Shown here piece by piece: positions 51,379 through 64,000 of a stretch of DNA of 64,000 nucleotides; position 1 is the first letter of the stretch; each line of letters opens with the position of its first letter. The stretch is taken from contig CM114271.1 in the NCBI GenBank assembly GCA_050084515.1, positions 7,068,001-7,132,000 of the forward strand, given 5' to 3'. The translations under genes were made by a program, and so were the position numbers. The notes under the pieces are model-generated. The model made no database searches, had not been told where the DNA came from, and saw only the letters and a list, made by a program, of their open reading frames with translations. Source of the stretch: Blasia pusilla (Eukaryota).

Positions 51379-51707
51379 CATGGTTGCACAAAAACAGACA
51401 AGTCCATCCCTAGGGCGGACATGGACGGACAAATGTGGTCACTTCCACAGACATGGATTGCAAGAGTTGGGGCCTACTCTTACAGCACGTGGTGGAAGTC
51501 AAGGAAGGGGCGGGCGGGGAAATAAGGGGGGAGGGAGTGGAGGTAGAGGAAGGAAGAAACGGGAATATACGGGACATGGAGGCAAGTAGGGGGGATGAGA
51601 AAGAAGGAAAGGTGGGTCCAATATGGATAAGTCCTTCCATAGGATGGAGATAACTCCACAAATATGGACATATTTGCGAACACGGATTTTGTCCACATGC
51701 AATCTTG
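51379..51707 (+). mobile_element. hAT-type MITE, copy 1
   Basis: TIR CATGGTTGCA...TGCAATCTTG; 8-bp TSD CCCAGGGG/CCCAAGGG. Confidence 0.88.
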
Positions 51708-51929
51708 CCCAAGGGAAAATCAAAATATTTTCTCTAACTTTGTGTGCAACGGAGCCTCATAACTTCAACGCTTCACAAAGAGGATCCAAAATTCATGCTA
51801 AGTGACAAAGAGGAGATGAGCTTTGCTAACATTATGGTTGATCACATCCAAAGAGAACTAACTTTCTACAAGATATATTTCTATTAGCTATGAGAAGTTT
51901 TTGTTTCAAATCGCAAGAAGGTATAACAA

Positions 51930-52111
51930 TATGTTCATATCTTAAAACATAGATTCCTCAATATGGTTCCAAATGAGTCCAAAACAGGGGAAACCCGGCT
52001 ATCTCAAGTTACTCTAGTTCTCAACAAGTCATCCTTGATCTCATGGGGTTGTTCTTTGACATCATTGAAGGCACCCTTTGGATATTCATTGATCCACTAT
52101 AAAAGACGTGA
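51930..52111 (-). repeat. Partial, diverged copy of repeat A (C/D/E type)
   Basis: Homologous to 12130-12297 and 55590-55778 (ATATGGTTCCAAATGAG...AAAAGACGTGA). Confidence 0.7.
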
Positions 52112-55100
52112 GGTTGCAGAGGAGGTGGTGGACCTATCCTCTGGTAACCGCAATGCCATCGCGACAATCTGATGCTGCAACTCCTCTATCTAAGCATCTA
52201 TCCCAACCTCACGACCTACGTCTCCCTCGACGCGTATAGGTGACGGACCTCTACCCTCGCCTCTACCTCCTCCATGGGCGTATCCACCACCCCCTTGGGA
52301 AAATCCAACTCCTTGTCCCCCAACGGGACCACCTGGTGCACGATCTCTAGGCCCATTTGGACTGCCAACTCGCTTTGGTACCCTCTCTAGCCCTCGGTTC
52401 AGATGTAACTTTGGGTGTAGGCTAAAACACCTGACGCATGTATGACCATACAATTGATAATCGTCACACTGGTAGACGTCTGGTATAGACCTATCTCCTC
52501 CTCCAAGATGAGGCACGCGTCCACTACCTTGACGTGTGCAATCCTGCTAGCGATGGGATCCGCCATATGCCCAAAAAATAACCCCTTGCGTAGGTCTTTG
52601 TGGCACATGCTCACGATTATCCCCTTGAGCTTGTGGAACCACACTCTTATCTTGGAATCCACTTTGCTGCATTGATGGTGCAGAAAATTGTGATTGCTTG
52701 CACGTGTGACTCATGGTTGGTACACTCTTTTGAGCCATGTTACCCTCAATGCACTCCGCCATCTCGAACACATCTCTCAACGTAGGTGAGGTGTATATCA
52801 ATAGTACCACATCCCTCACCCGTCTTTGCTGGTCTCGTTCTAGCATCGGGTACCATGCGTGGACAACTTGGGCCTATGTCATCCCCTGAGTGACACTAAT
52901 AAACCAATGCAGACAAGTAAATGCCTCATGAAAGCTCTCTCCCATGCGTCTATGGAAGTTGGGGATGCTTCGAAACTTCTCAGTCCTCATCTCCTGGTAC
53001 TCCCTCTACAACTTCGCAAAGAACTCAACCACGGGGCTGAACCTAGGACAAACCCGGATGGATGATGCAACTGCCCTAGTCCAACTCATCCCTCCTAGTG
53101 CATCACTAGTAGCAGAAGAAGTAGACTCTCCTAGCTCCTCTTTCTGATCTAGAAATGGCTCAGTCCATGACACATAATGCGGGTTATAGTAGAGTCTCCG
53201 GGCCTCAATCTCAAGTGCGTACCTTTGGGAAAAATGATGGTAATTGTCCATGGGTGCCCCCTCTAGATGTTGGAACACGCTGTTCCATGCTGTGAACGGG
53301 TTAAGCTCTCTAGAGTTCCTAGCCCTCTGCAAATCGCATCAGCTCCTAAACTCGTCTATGAAGTTGTGCAATTCTAGAGTACCCACAACTCTCGAAAACC
53401 TACGCGTTCTACCCTGGTCGTCCATCCCGTATGCCCAAGCGGTAATGCACCAAGAAAACTCCTCTACACCCTCCCCCTCGTCTGAGGATGAAATAGAGGG
53501 AGGTCGAGGGAGTCACTCATATGGAGATCCTTGAAACCTCGTGCCACTCCGTGTAAAACCTCTAGAGCCACTCTGAGGTCCACCACCTCGCCTCTCAAAT
53601 TCCCGAAAGGACGCCACGATGACCCATATGCCCCTCTCACACGATCACTCTCAATCTCTAGAGTAATCCCCCAATTACTCACTCTTAACATGTAGCACTA
53701 AACATGTAGCACTCAATCTACACTTCCTCTCACCGAGACATGTACTATGCGGCAACAAGCGGTGTGGTGCAGTAAGATACTCGTCTATTGTCATATCGTC
53801 TCATCAACAGAACATACCCTCAACTTTGGACATTCCACATATGTCTATGTCCTCTAAAAAATACATCAATGATGCTCTCAATAGTAGCACAAAACCCTGA
53901 TAACTACCCAATACTTAGAATTCCTTCACGTATGCAAGGCAAAACGCTAGAATGGGTAACTTGAACAAATGTCGGTGTCGCTCCTCCAAAAAGGCACACT
54001 CTACCCTGACTCGATCGTGAGGAAAAATCCTAAAATTAGCAATAAGTACACCTCTTGTACTGACTATACTCAAACCCCCTTGATGTGCGGTGCAGGTCCA
54101 ACGATATAGTGGGGCACGAAACGATTACAAACAACACGACGATTGGGAATAGGATGCGAAACTCATTGGAATATCCTCCTCGATCAGAAAAACATGATTT
54201 TCTCCTTATTGCTTGTGCGGCTCCGCAATCAAGATGGTGCAGTGCGGCTACAGGTATCACGACACGATATTCGATTATTGTTGGGCGGCTACCAATCATA
54301 GAGCATAGAAAAGTGGGGCAAAAACTCTGACCCCATCAATTACAAGATCACCTCCTATCATTAGACCATTCTCGTAAATAGTCAATGCGTGATGGTCGAA
54401 GACGCCACAACTGCACTGGTCTTGTAGTGGTCTAACCGTCATTACTAGGACTCAATAATTGCTAGTGGTCATATAGAAGACAAGGGCGACTCTAGGTCAC
54501 AAAAATCGATGGTGCTCAGTGCATACCGTCCAATCAACAATGGTGAAGAAACTCCCCACGAACGGTCATTGACATCGTCAACTGTGGCCAATAGATGGAA
54601 CAGGGGCGGCCTGGACGATGACAATCAATGGTAATTATGATATCTCACATATGGATAAACATGGATCTATTTTAGCCTTATTCAAAATTCAATGTCTTTT
54701 GTTTTTTCCCACTCCACTAACCCCTTAAACCGAGGGTCAACTCACTAAAATTATCTCACATTTGGCTTATATTCCTTCCTTCACAAGTTGGCTATGATAG
54801 TCCATGGAAATCGTCATAACTTCGTGGTTAGATTTCTAAATTTCGCACCAATTCTTTGACAGCATGCAAAACTTCTTGATCTATGACTTCATGAAATTTT
54901 CATTAACTTAACGGTTTTTTCATTCGACCTTCCATAAAAATTTGGCAGGGATTTGCATGCAACCCACAACCTCTTCTCCTACAAAAATTTTGGCAATGCT
55001 TCCACGATGATTTCTCTAACAAAAATTTGCAAAAATATCACAACAGCGAGCTATGAGATGCCATCGAGAGCACTAGCATGGAGCAACCCGCCCCCATACT

Positions 55101-55780
55101 CAATTTCTAATTGGATAGTGCTTCTACATCATTTTTTCGTTTGAAAAAATTGCAAAGGAACAACAAAACTGAGCGGCTCTTGCTTTAGTGAGCACTCCCA
55201 TGAGCCATTGAAATAGGGAACACTGTTCCCAATTTGTACAATATCGAGACACTAGCAAACTTTTGTATTGTAGAGCTTTAAATCTCTCAATCTCTCTTTG
55301 TAAATCAAGTATCATTCTCAACACAATATCTCTCCATGATGCACACAAATCTATCCCTCTCTTATGTCAAACCAAATCCACTCTCCCACTCAGAGGCTTT
55401 AGTTACACATACAAGGCAAGGAGGACCATAGCTTGCTTGCCTCATGCTAAGATGTTCAACAAAGAGAGAATGAGCTCCAAAGCTCTTTCTCCTAGGGTAT
55501 ACCCCCTTCCCTCTCCCAAACTCTCTCCTTGGCTCTTGACCTGATGTAGGAGGTCAAAGGCCAATTCCCAAATTGGAAATTCAACTATATTCAAAACAAT
55601 AATTTATCCAAAATAGTAAGTTTCTCCATAGGGCTCCAAATGAGCCGAAAAGAAGGGGAAACCTGATCTCTCAAGTTACCTGTGGCCTCAAAAGGTCCTC
55701 CTCCACCTCCTAAGGTTGTCCTCCACTATCCTCAAAAGTTCTTTACTAGATCTCTTTGATCTATTCTAAAAGACGTGACA
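52112..55780 (-). mobile_element. Truncated element 'E' of the same family: repeat A1 (55299-55780), leader and gag; pol absent
   Basis: 5' end TGTCACG at 55780; PBS at 55288-55298; gag motifs FTAWNSVFQHLEGAPMDNYH and YQCDDYQLYGHTCVRC at 52112-53650. Confidence 0.88.
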
Positions 55781-56020
55781 TAATCCCTTACACTCTAAGT
55801 GCCGTATTCCTCTCTCGGACTATACATGAATATATTTGTGGTGTGGGCACACCTCCAGGTACCTTGATGGAATAACTCAAAGTTTCCATACTCTTCTCTA
55901 CCTTGTTGTGCTCAATACATTCAACAAACTCAAACACATCTCTCAACGTAGGTGAGCCTATGTGTGATGCGGAAGTATTGTATCCCTTACTTGTCTTTGA
56001 CGGTTCCGTTCCAACATCTT

Positions 56021-56357
56021 CAAGGTTGCATTTAGACAAAGTCCGTGTCTGCAGATATATCCATGTCTGAGGACTTACGTCCGTTCTTTGGAAGGACTTA
56101 CGTATCTAGGCTCCACTAGGCCAGCTTCCCCTTCATTCTCATCCCCCTACTTGCCTCCATGTTCCGCACTTTCCTATTTCTTCCTTCCTCCACCTTCACT
56201 CTCTCCACCCTTATTGCCGTGCCTATCTCTGCGTTGCCTTCCACCACGAGCTATAAGTGTGGGCTCCAACTCTTGCAATCCATGTCGGTGGACATTTCCA
56301 CATTTTTCCGTCCATGTTCACCCTAGGGACAAACTTGTCTATTTTTGTGCAACCATG
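56021..56357 (-). mobile_element. hAT-type MITE, copy 2
   Basis: CAAGGTTGCA...TGCAACCATG; decayed 8-bp TSD AACATCTT/AGCATCCC. Confidence 0.85.
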
Positions 56358-56526
56358 AGCATCCCATACCATGCATGAACAATCTGGGCATTTGTCATCC
56401 TATGAGTGACAATAATCAATCAATATAGGCAATTAAATGTCTCTAAAAAAACTCTTCCCTATTTTCCTATGGAAGTCGTGGATCTTACGCAACTTCTTAG
56501 TCTGTACCCATTGATAGTTTCTTCGC

Positions 56527-56846
56527 CAAGATTGCATGTGGACAAAGTCCGTATCCATGGACATATCCATATTGGTGGACTAACGTCCGTGCTATGGAAG
56601 GACTTGTCTATATGGGCCCCATCTTCCCCTTCTTCTTGATTCCCTCCATTTTCCTCAATGTTCCACACTTTCACGTTTCTTCCTTCCCCCAACTCCACTC
56701 CATTCCCCCTTATTCCCCAACCTGCCTTTGCCTTGCCTTCCACCATGAGCTAAAAGTGTGGGTTCCACCTCTTCCAATCCATATCCGTGGACATGTCCAG
56801 ACTTGTCCGTCCATGGAACGAACTTGTTTGTTTTTGTGCAACCATG
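56527..56846 (-). mobile_element. hAT-type MITE, copy 3
   Basis: CAAGATTGCA...TGCAACCATG; TSD TTCTTCGC/TTCTCCCC. Confidence 0.85.
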
Positions 56847-57286
56847 TTCTCCCCAACTTTGCAAAGACTTGAACCATAGGGTTGAACCTAAGATGAAGTT
56901 GATTGGACAATGTCAGTTGTATGAGTCCAAGTCATCGTTGTATGACTATCACCAATGTTGGAAGAAGTAGCCTCTCCTAACTCCTATTCATCATCTAGAA
57001 ATAACTCAGTCCATGATATGTAATGTGGGCCATAGTAGAGTGTGAAAACCTTAATTGCGCATGCAAACTTGAAGGAAAGCTTGTGATAATCATCCATAGG
57101 AGCCTCCTCTATGTGTTGAAATATACCATTCCATGTCTTGCAAGGGTTAAACTCTCTAGATTTCTTCGCCCTTTGAGAATCACTCCAACTTCTAAACTCC
57201 GATATGAAGTTGTATAACTCAATGAAAAAAATAGCCCCTTAAAACCTATGTGGTCCTCTACCTTGGTCTTCCATCTCAACCCAAGA

Positions 57287-57512
57287 CATGGTTGCACAAA
57301 AATCGACAAGTCTGTCCCTTAAACGGATATGGACGGATAGGTTTGGACATGTCAAAAAATATGGATTGCAAAAGGTAGGGCCCATACTTATAGTTCATGG
57401 TGGAAGGCAGGGCAAGGACAAGCAAGCAATAAGGGGGGAGGGAGTGGAGGTGGGAGGAAGGAGGAGGAAGAAACGAGAAAATGGATCACGAAGGCAAGTT
57501 TTGGGGGGGGTT
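57287..57512 (+). mobile_element. hAT-type MITE, copy 4 (3'-truncated)
   Basis: Starts CATGGTTGCACAAAA and is colinear with copy 1 until it abuts the inversion. Confidence 0.8.
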
Positions 57513-58544
57513 TAGGGAGTAAGAGTAACTTGTGGGTTTGAGAGTGATCGTGCGAGGGGGACTTAAGAGTCATCACAACATTCTTTCAGTATTTTTAGAG
57601 GAAAGGTGGTACATCAAAGAGTAGTACCAAAAGTTTTACGCAAAGAGTCTTCACCTAAGGTTCTCAAACCCACAAGTTACTCTCAATCACTCGGAACTAA
57701 ACACATATGGCACTCACCTACACTTTATCACATAGAGAAGTGTACAATGCAACAACAAGCACTGTGGTGAGGCAAACTCTATGCTGATCTATCCTCTCAC
57801 CAGAATAGAAAATCTATTCCCTTGGACATCCCACACAGGTCTATATCTCTTCTCTTCATATATGAATGATACTCCCAACATCTTTACAAAATCAAATACT
57901 ACAAAAACAACATAACACTAAAAAAATACCTTAGAAGTATAGGTAAAAAGGCCGAAAGAAGTAACGTGAAATAAAATATTGGTGGTGCTCTTGTAGAACT
58001 ACAAGTCGATCCCAAGTTAGTCGTGAAGAAAAAAAATCCTCCTATCATCAATCAATCAAACTTCTCGATGCTAACGTGACCCACTCTCCCTTGATGGTGT
58101 GGTACGGTCTTAGATGGTACGATGCGGAAATGGTGGCATGGTATGGCTACCAGTGTAACAACACATCACTCAATGAGATGGTGGGATGCGGCACGGCCCA
58201 ACAATCGGTAGAGCGTTGCGACTAAGGGCATTATGACACGAAACTTGATCTATGTCAAGCGGCTACCACTTATGTGGCATAACACAACGGAACACCAAAC
58301 TGACACCCTATCAATCAAAAATCATATTACATCATTGTACAACCACCAAACATCTCAAAGTCAGTTGGGTCATTACAGTTGATGATGAGACAATTGCATT
58401 CGTCTTGATGATATTGACTGTAAGGAATGATTTTTGATACTCAACATTGAAAATTAATCGTTGGTGTTGAAAGTCAATAACTAACAAAAATTGAAAATAT
58501 AAGCAAAAAAATCACAAGTCGAAGAGTTAATGGCAGATAGATGG

Positions 58545-58855
58545 CATGGTTGCAGAGAAATAAACAAGCCCGTCCCTTGAATGGACATGGAAGAACAAGT
58601 TTGGACATGTCCACAAACATGGATTGCAAAATTTGGGGCCACACTTATAATTCATGGTGAAAGGCAGGGCAAGGGGAGCCAGGGAAATAAGGGGGGAGAG
58701 AGTGGAGGTGGGAGGAGTAAAAAATGAGAATTTGAGGATTAAGAAGGCATACGGAGGGGATGAGAAAGAAGGGGGATATGGAGCCCATATGGACAAGTTC
58801 TACTACAGGACAAAAGTAAGTCCGCAGACACAAACTTTGTCCATATGCAACCTTG
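58545..58855 (+). mobile_element. hAT-type MITE, copy 5
   Basis: CATGGTTGCA...TGCAACCTTG; 8-bp TSD ATAGATGG/ATAGACGG. Confidence 0.9.
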
Positions 58856-60446
58856 ATAGACGGCCTTTGGTTTGTTGGATGGAGAACAATTGGTGGATGG
58901 TGAATGGATGGTGGCATGTCACACATGAGTTCTATTTGAACCTAACTCAAAAGTCAACCTTTTGGTTTTGTTTTAAACTCCAGTGGTTCCTTAAAAAGAG
59001 AGTCAACTCACTAATCTTACATAACTTGGACGAGTTTCTCCAAAAAGAAGTTGACTCTCTAATGAAGATTCTTCTACTCACTTCACCCTAAATAAAATTT
59101 TTCACTTGCCTTTTCACTAAAAATAGTCCAATTTTCTTTTCACCTCCAAATAAGAAATCACCCCAAAAATCTGAATTTTCTTTTACACGGTGGCTATGAC
59201 AACCTTCCTAGAATGGCCATAACTTTGCAGTTGGGCGTTGAAACAATGAACGATTTTTTTGATTGCATGGCTAACTTCTCCGTCAATAATGTCATTTTCA
59301 TATCTTTTTTATTGAAAGTTTGGTCTACAATTGGCAGAGTTTGTCAAACAACGTGTGTACTCAACACTTAAGAAATAATTGACAACGCTTCCACGTTGAT
59401 CTCTTCCACATAAATATTACACTTGTAAAACAAGTTCTAGAGAAATAAAGGGTGCTCTCGATAGTCTAAGCATGGTGGATTGGGTCCCATACTCAACTCC
59501 TATTCAAAATTGGGCAGCACTTCCGCTTGCCTCTCTCTTGTACCAAAAATTGACTCTACAAAAATTACAAAGAAATGTCTTTTGCTCCGGTGAGCACTCC
59601 CATAAGCTGTTGAATGGGGAATACGGTCTCCAACCTGAAAAACACAACGACCAACAGACATTCGCTCCAAAATTCCCACATTGTAGAGTCCTTGCACTTT
59701 GATTCTCGCTTTGTCAGTTATGTCACAACACAACTCTGGCCCTTGCCTGGCCTTCCCTAAGCCCGCACATGGCCCATATTGGGTTGACCTTGTAGGCCTT
59801 GCGCGAGCTTGATGTGGGTGGAAAGAACAAACGGCGGGTTGCTCGACTGGATGCAGGTTGGCCGAGACCACATCTACGTTGCGGGGCGGGCCTTGGGAAG
59901 TGGGAACATGAGCCCACATAGACATGTATGTCCAAAGGTTGGACATAAGTTTGCGGACACAAACTTTGTTTGTGTGGAACCTTATAAACAACTACACATC
60001 TCTCACTTCTCACATATAGCTAATCAGAGTTCTCCACATTGCAACCTGCGATGACCTTAAAATTGTACCATGCATCTCTATAAAATAGGACATGGTGGGA
60101 AGACACTTTGGTCAAATTTTTGGAGAATTTTTAAATGGTTACCGAACATTGAATTTTAATGTTTAGAGGTTCCTTGGGTGGAAATGCCCTCCCATAAAAA
60201 AGTGAATTTATTCCTTCCATTCAAATTTGAAGGCCCATATACTCAATCACAATTTGACTATACCCGACACCAATCTTTTGGCCACTTCATTAAAAATATT
60301 GAAGTGTGGATGCTGCCAAACTTCTTGAATATCACTAGAAAAAAAATTAAATGTGGATGCCAAATATTTTTGTTTAGATATCATCATACTATTAAGAGCG
60401 TTAGCTCCGATTTAGAGGCTCCCAATCATCGTTACCATGTGAAGTC

Positions 60447-60472
60447 TTAATTAATTAATTAATTAATTAATT
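60447..60472. repeat. (TTAA)n microsatellite
   Basis: Direct reading of the sequence. Confidence 0.85.
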
Positions 60473-61909
60473 ATAATTTGGCCTATACTAAGCAAAAATA
60501 TTAATAGAAAATGGTTTTAAGAATTATATCATTTTTTAAAAAATATTTCAAAGGAATGATTTTGTTTTATAAATTGAAGGATAGCGGTTAAAAAATAATG
60601 ATAAATATTTATCAATAAATAAAATAAATAAATAAATAAAATTTGGAAAATTTAAAACCTCATAATTATTCATATATTGAAGCGAAAATTTACTTTTATT
60701 TATCAACTCTATAATTCCAACGCAGCGCTTCATGATAGTCTCCATTTATGAAATATTTTCATCCGATTGAATGCATGGTACAGGCAAAAATTTACTAGCA
60801 TGTAAAGTCGCGAAACCCAAACAGACATTACAATAGAGGAAAGTTGAAGTAAACAGTGATCTAAGATCTTTTGTGAATCGAAGGAAATTAACTACTTAAA
60901 TCACGGAACGTTTGGGGGGAATTAGTTGAGAGGATTACTCTGCGCTGCTAATCCTCCACGTGGATACACATGACTAGTAGGCTAGGAGACCAGTACAACA
61001 ATTTCCTCACGAGCGCATCGCCTATTGGTTGCAAGCTTGCGTCTTGGTTGGGATTAAAAACCGGGGATAGAGTCGGCGGGGAATCTTTCCCAAATGGGTT
61101 CAATGTCCGGGGAGAACCAGGGTTACGTGTTGATCTAGCCGGTAGAAATTTAGAATTTCCGATTCACTTTGCAAATCAACGGCCAAAAACTGGCAGAATA
61201 GAAGGGTCCTCCTTTGTATTTGTATCTCTTTAGCCGGCCGGATTCAAGAAAATATCAAAAATTACGGTTCTCGTCCATAAAGACCGGAAATGTACTGATT
61301 TTCACCAAAAAACTACGTGGACCCTGGATGGGTTCCCCGTTCCCCATGTGCAGGCATATTGTTAGGAGTACTAACCTACGAAGTTACGCAATGATTAGAA
61401 TTAACTCTTCAAACTACGTCACGGAAGCATAATCGAACATCAGTCTTAAGAAAAAAACAAAGATGCACTTCGATAAAAACGAGTGATGGAAAACCCATCG
61501 GAAGTACAAAAGAGGGGGACTCAAAGAGTCAAAACCTGAAGGCCACAACAAGACCAGAAAAGGAAGAAGGGGGCATTCCCCCTAACGACATTTAAACTCA
61601 CCAACAAAGACAATATCAGCAACAACAAGAGAGCTATGACTACTACTAAGTGGGCCTCTAGCGCGGCGTCTCCCACACTGAGCCCGCCGCCAAAATCCCA
61701 TTAGCCTCGGGCACGCTGCAATGCTATGGAGACCCGGCGCCTTACAATCTGAATCGCAGTAGCTAAGGACAACCCATTTCTCGAGTGGAGATGATGGGCG
61801 CGATCCGTAAATGAACGCAGTCGAACCTCTCCCCATAGCCCCATACATCTCTATGGCGAGGGGATGAAGATGTGTCCTCGTGTAGTCGATTGTAGATATG
61901 TGTCTTCTT

Positions 61910-61933
61910 CGCCGCCGCCGCCGCCGCCGCCGC
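61910..61933. repeat. (GCC)n microsatellite
   Basis: Direct reading of the sequence. Confidence 0.85.
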
Positions 61934-63111
61934 TCCTTGTAGCATTCGCCCTTGGGCCACCACTTGGGCTCGCACTGCCTCCCGCGTAGGATCTGTGACT
62001 ACCACGTCACATCAGTCTTAAGCATCCCTTGAATCCTTGATTCACCGTTCACTGGTAATCTAGATTTTGATGTTCAGAACCGGTTTAATGACCCGTGCAG
62101 GGGTTTAGAGGGGGCCTTGATTACTTACTAATTAAGTAAGTACATCTTGTGGGTAAGGATATTTTCCTTTCTGATTCACTCATAGGCTCGTACATTCTAA
62201 GAGTGCATAATGTAAAGTGCACTTATCGTAAAGTCGGCGTAAACAATGATTAGAATTTGGCTTTACACGTCATCGTATTTTTTTAATATGATAGTTTTGG
62301 GAAATAATTTATATATATAAGTAAAAAAGGATGGGATTTAAAGAAACCTCACCTTTTATAGTCTTTAAAGGGTTTTATTATGTTGACACATGTTTCATTT
62401 TGAGAGAGGGAATTGAATTAAGGAGATATAATAAATAATTTTTTTAAATATATTTTGTGCACAATACGGGCATCAGCTAGTTATTTAATACTACGCAGAT
62501 GTCCCCTTAGGTTTATCCTCCCGTCCTTATTTATAACTATCCACGCATTTCAAACTAAAATGCAATATTCTCATCAATTGTTCTTAGATCCTATGATAAC
62601 CATGATATAGTGCCAACGCCAATATATTGATGGTATGCTATACCGCAACCCAATTATATGAAGCCTATTCTTACACTGAATTTGGGGGCATGGGATATGC
62701 ATTTTAGTATGTGGAATGCAAGAATTTAATCTATATTTTTAGCACTATATCACATAAGTTTGGAGAATTGGAAAATTATACATGGAACCTATGGAACCTT
62801 AAAGGGGGTGAGAGGGAGGGGCAAGATTGCATAATGACAAAATGAGTGTGAATTTGATTCTTCTATATGGGTGAATAATTTTCTTTCAATAACTAAAATC
62901 CTTTAAATCCATAACAAAGAAAATTCCAAGGGGGTGGGAAAGGGAATGAAAAATTACGGGAAAATTTTCAATAGATGCAAGTTCTTCATTTCTATTGACA
63001 TAAGTCAACGGTCTTTGACAAATCCCCATGGAACCCTATGAAATGCTTTGGTGCACCTCTTCCGAAAGAATCGCTTGAAGTTGATAAGAGTTTATCAACG
63101 TTGGTCAAATG

Positions 63112-64000
63112 TGTCGTGCGCATATACATCGCTACACAACATACATCGCTGTCACCGAACACACACACAAACACGCACGATCCCATGCTAACTCATGGCA
63201 TCCAAACACAAACGTGAGAAGTACCAAAATATGTCCAATCACCCGCGACTTGCCTACCCTGTTGACCACAGTCAACGGTGGTCGATCATCGTGCCTCACT
63301 GCCTGTGAGCGACACCCTGGATCTAGAATGGAATCCACTAACAAATGGGAGGGGCGCTCCACTCTCGCATACGCCCCCCGTAACACCGTATGGGGCACCA
63401 AGTTGGTCCACCATAGACGCGGGCGATGGGCTCTAGAACCTACACTCGCCGCATCCAAGAACTCTGCTGGGCCCATCCAGGCACGCACCTGATGAGCGCT
63501 CGTCACCACCCGTGACCTGGAGTCTCCTAAGATCGGCACATTCTCTAGAATGTAGGCTGGAGAATGAGACTGGTGCTCCTATAACTGCCGTAAGACCCTC
63601 AACATCTCCCAGAACAGCTTGGAACGAGTCTCAGCAAACCCGCTGCCTTGTCTAGCACTCGATTGGCCTTGATATGGCCAACCGACAATAACCAAATCAA
63701 TGGTGCCTAACCGGTCTAAGTGATGCGCCCCCAACAATGAAATATCCCTCGGTAGGGAACTCTGGTACCAAGTACCATGGACGTAGACAATAAGTCGAGA
63801 AAACATAGGCGTAACTATGCCACATGTCTTAGTGAGACGCGCCTCGCAACATCATCACTCTCCACATACAATTACTGCTGCACTCGCATTCCTACATGCA
63901 AAACAACAGCTAACCCGATGCTAATCCCTCCAAAGAGATCTAACACTCAAATACCCTCCTCCAGGATACACCACACAATGGGTGTGGTATCCAAGGGTGT
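63112..64000 (-). mobile_element. 3' end of element 'G': methyltransferase domain joined directly to a terminal B repeat (63112-63238); continues beyond the window
   Basis: The B repeat matches 34138-34254 and ends CACGACA at 63112. RT and integrase are deleted. Confidence 0.88.
63241..63946 (-). pseudogene. DNMT3-like methyltransferase domain of element G
   Basis: VLDLFGGISIG; DLVIVGWPYQG (catalytic C mutated to Y); YILENVP; SRAHRPRLWWTN. Confidence 0.88.

Larger units (their letters stand above)
55790..59700 (-). mobile_element. Older remnant 'F' of the same family (leader + gag), interrupted by four MITE copies and a small inversion
   Basis: gag homology at 55880-57280 (SPTLRDVFE, LNPMV). 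Leader homology at 57690-58320 and 59200-59700 to the D and E leaders. Confidence 0.75.

Noticed and set aside
51379-58855. Repeated units as a CRISPR array or protein-coding repeats
   Set aside because: They are dispersed TIR/TSD-bounded MITEs in eukaryotic DNA, and their ORFs are not conserved between copies.
60900-62110. Promoter- or 5'UTR-like island (G-box CCACGTGG at about 60956, GCC repeat, short ORFs)
   Set aside because: No supportable coding exon or RNA gene; it would need transcript data.

Overview
This is eukaryotic land-plant DNA, probably from a non-seed plant, though the lineage cannot be fixed from the sequence. It holds one intact host gene: a 16-exon KEEP ON GOING (KEG) E3 ligase at 39264-49052 (+, about 1639 aa). 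Most of the rest is nested, decayed copies of one unusual group of Ty3/gypsy retrotransposons, plus a cluster of hAT-type MITEs. The retroelements combine four features. (1) A DNMT3-like cytosine-5 methyltransferase sits in pol between protease and RT (4 copies). (2) The DDE integrase ends in a PHD finger. (3) An 11-nt self-complementary, Tf1-style primer-binding site replaces a tRNA PBS. (4) The LTRs are split or permuted: A-internal-B-A-B, bounded by TGTC...GACA and 4-bp target-site duplications. The complete LTR (B+A) appears only at the 3' end and contains the palindrome GACA-AT-TGTC, whose halves form the integrated ends. This is the layout expected if a 2-LTR circle were opened inside an LTR and integrated by a DDE integrase. 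The layout is seen directly in the sequence; the mechanism is inference. No retroelement copy here has intact ORFs.
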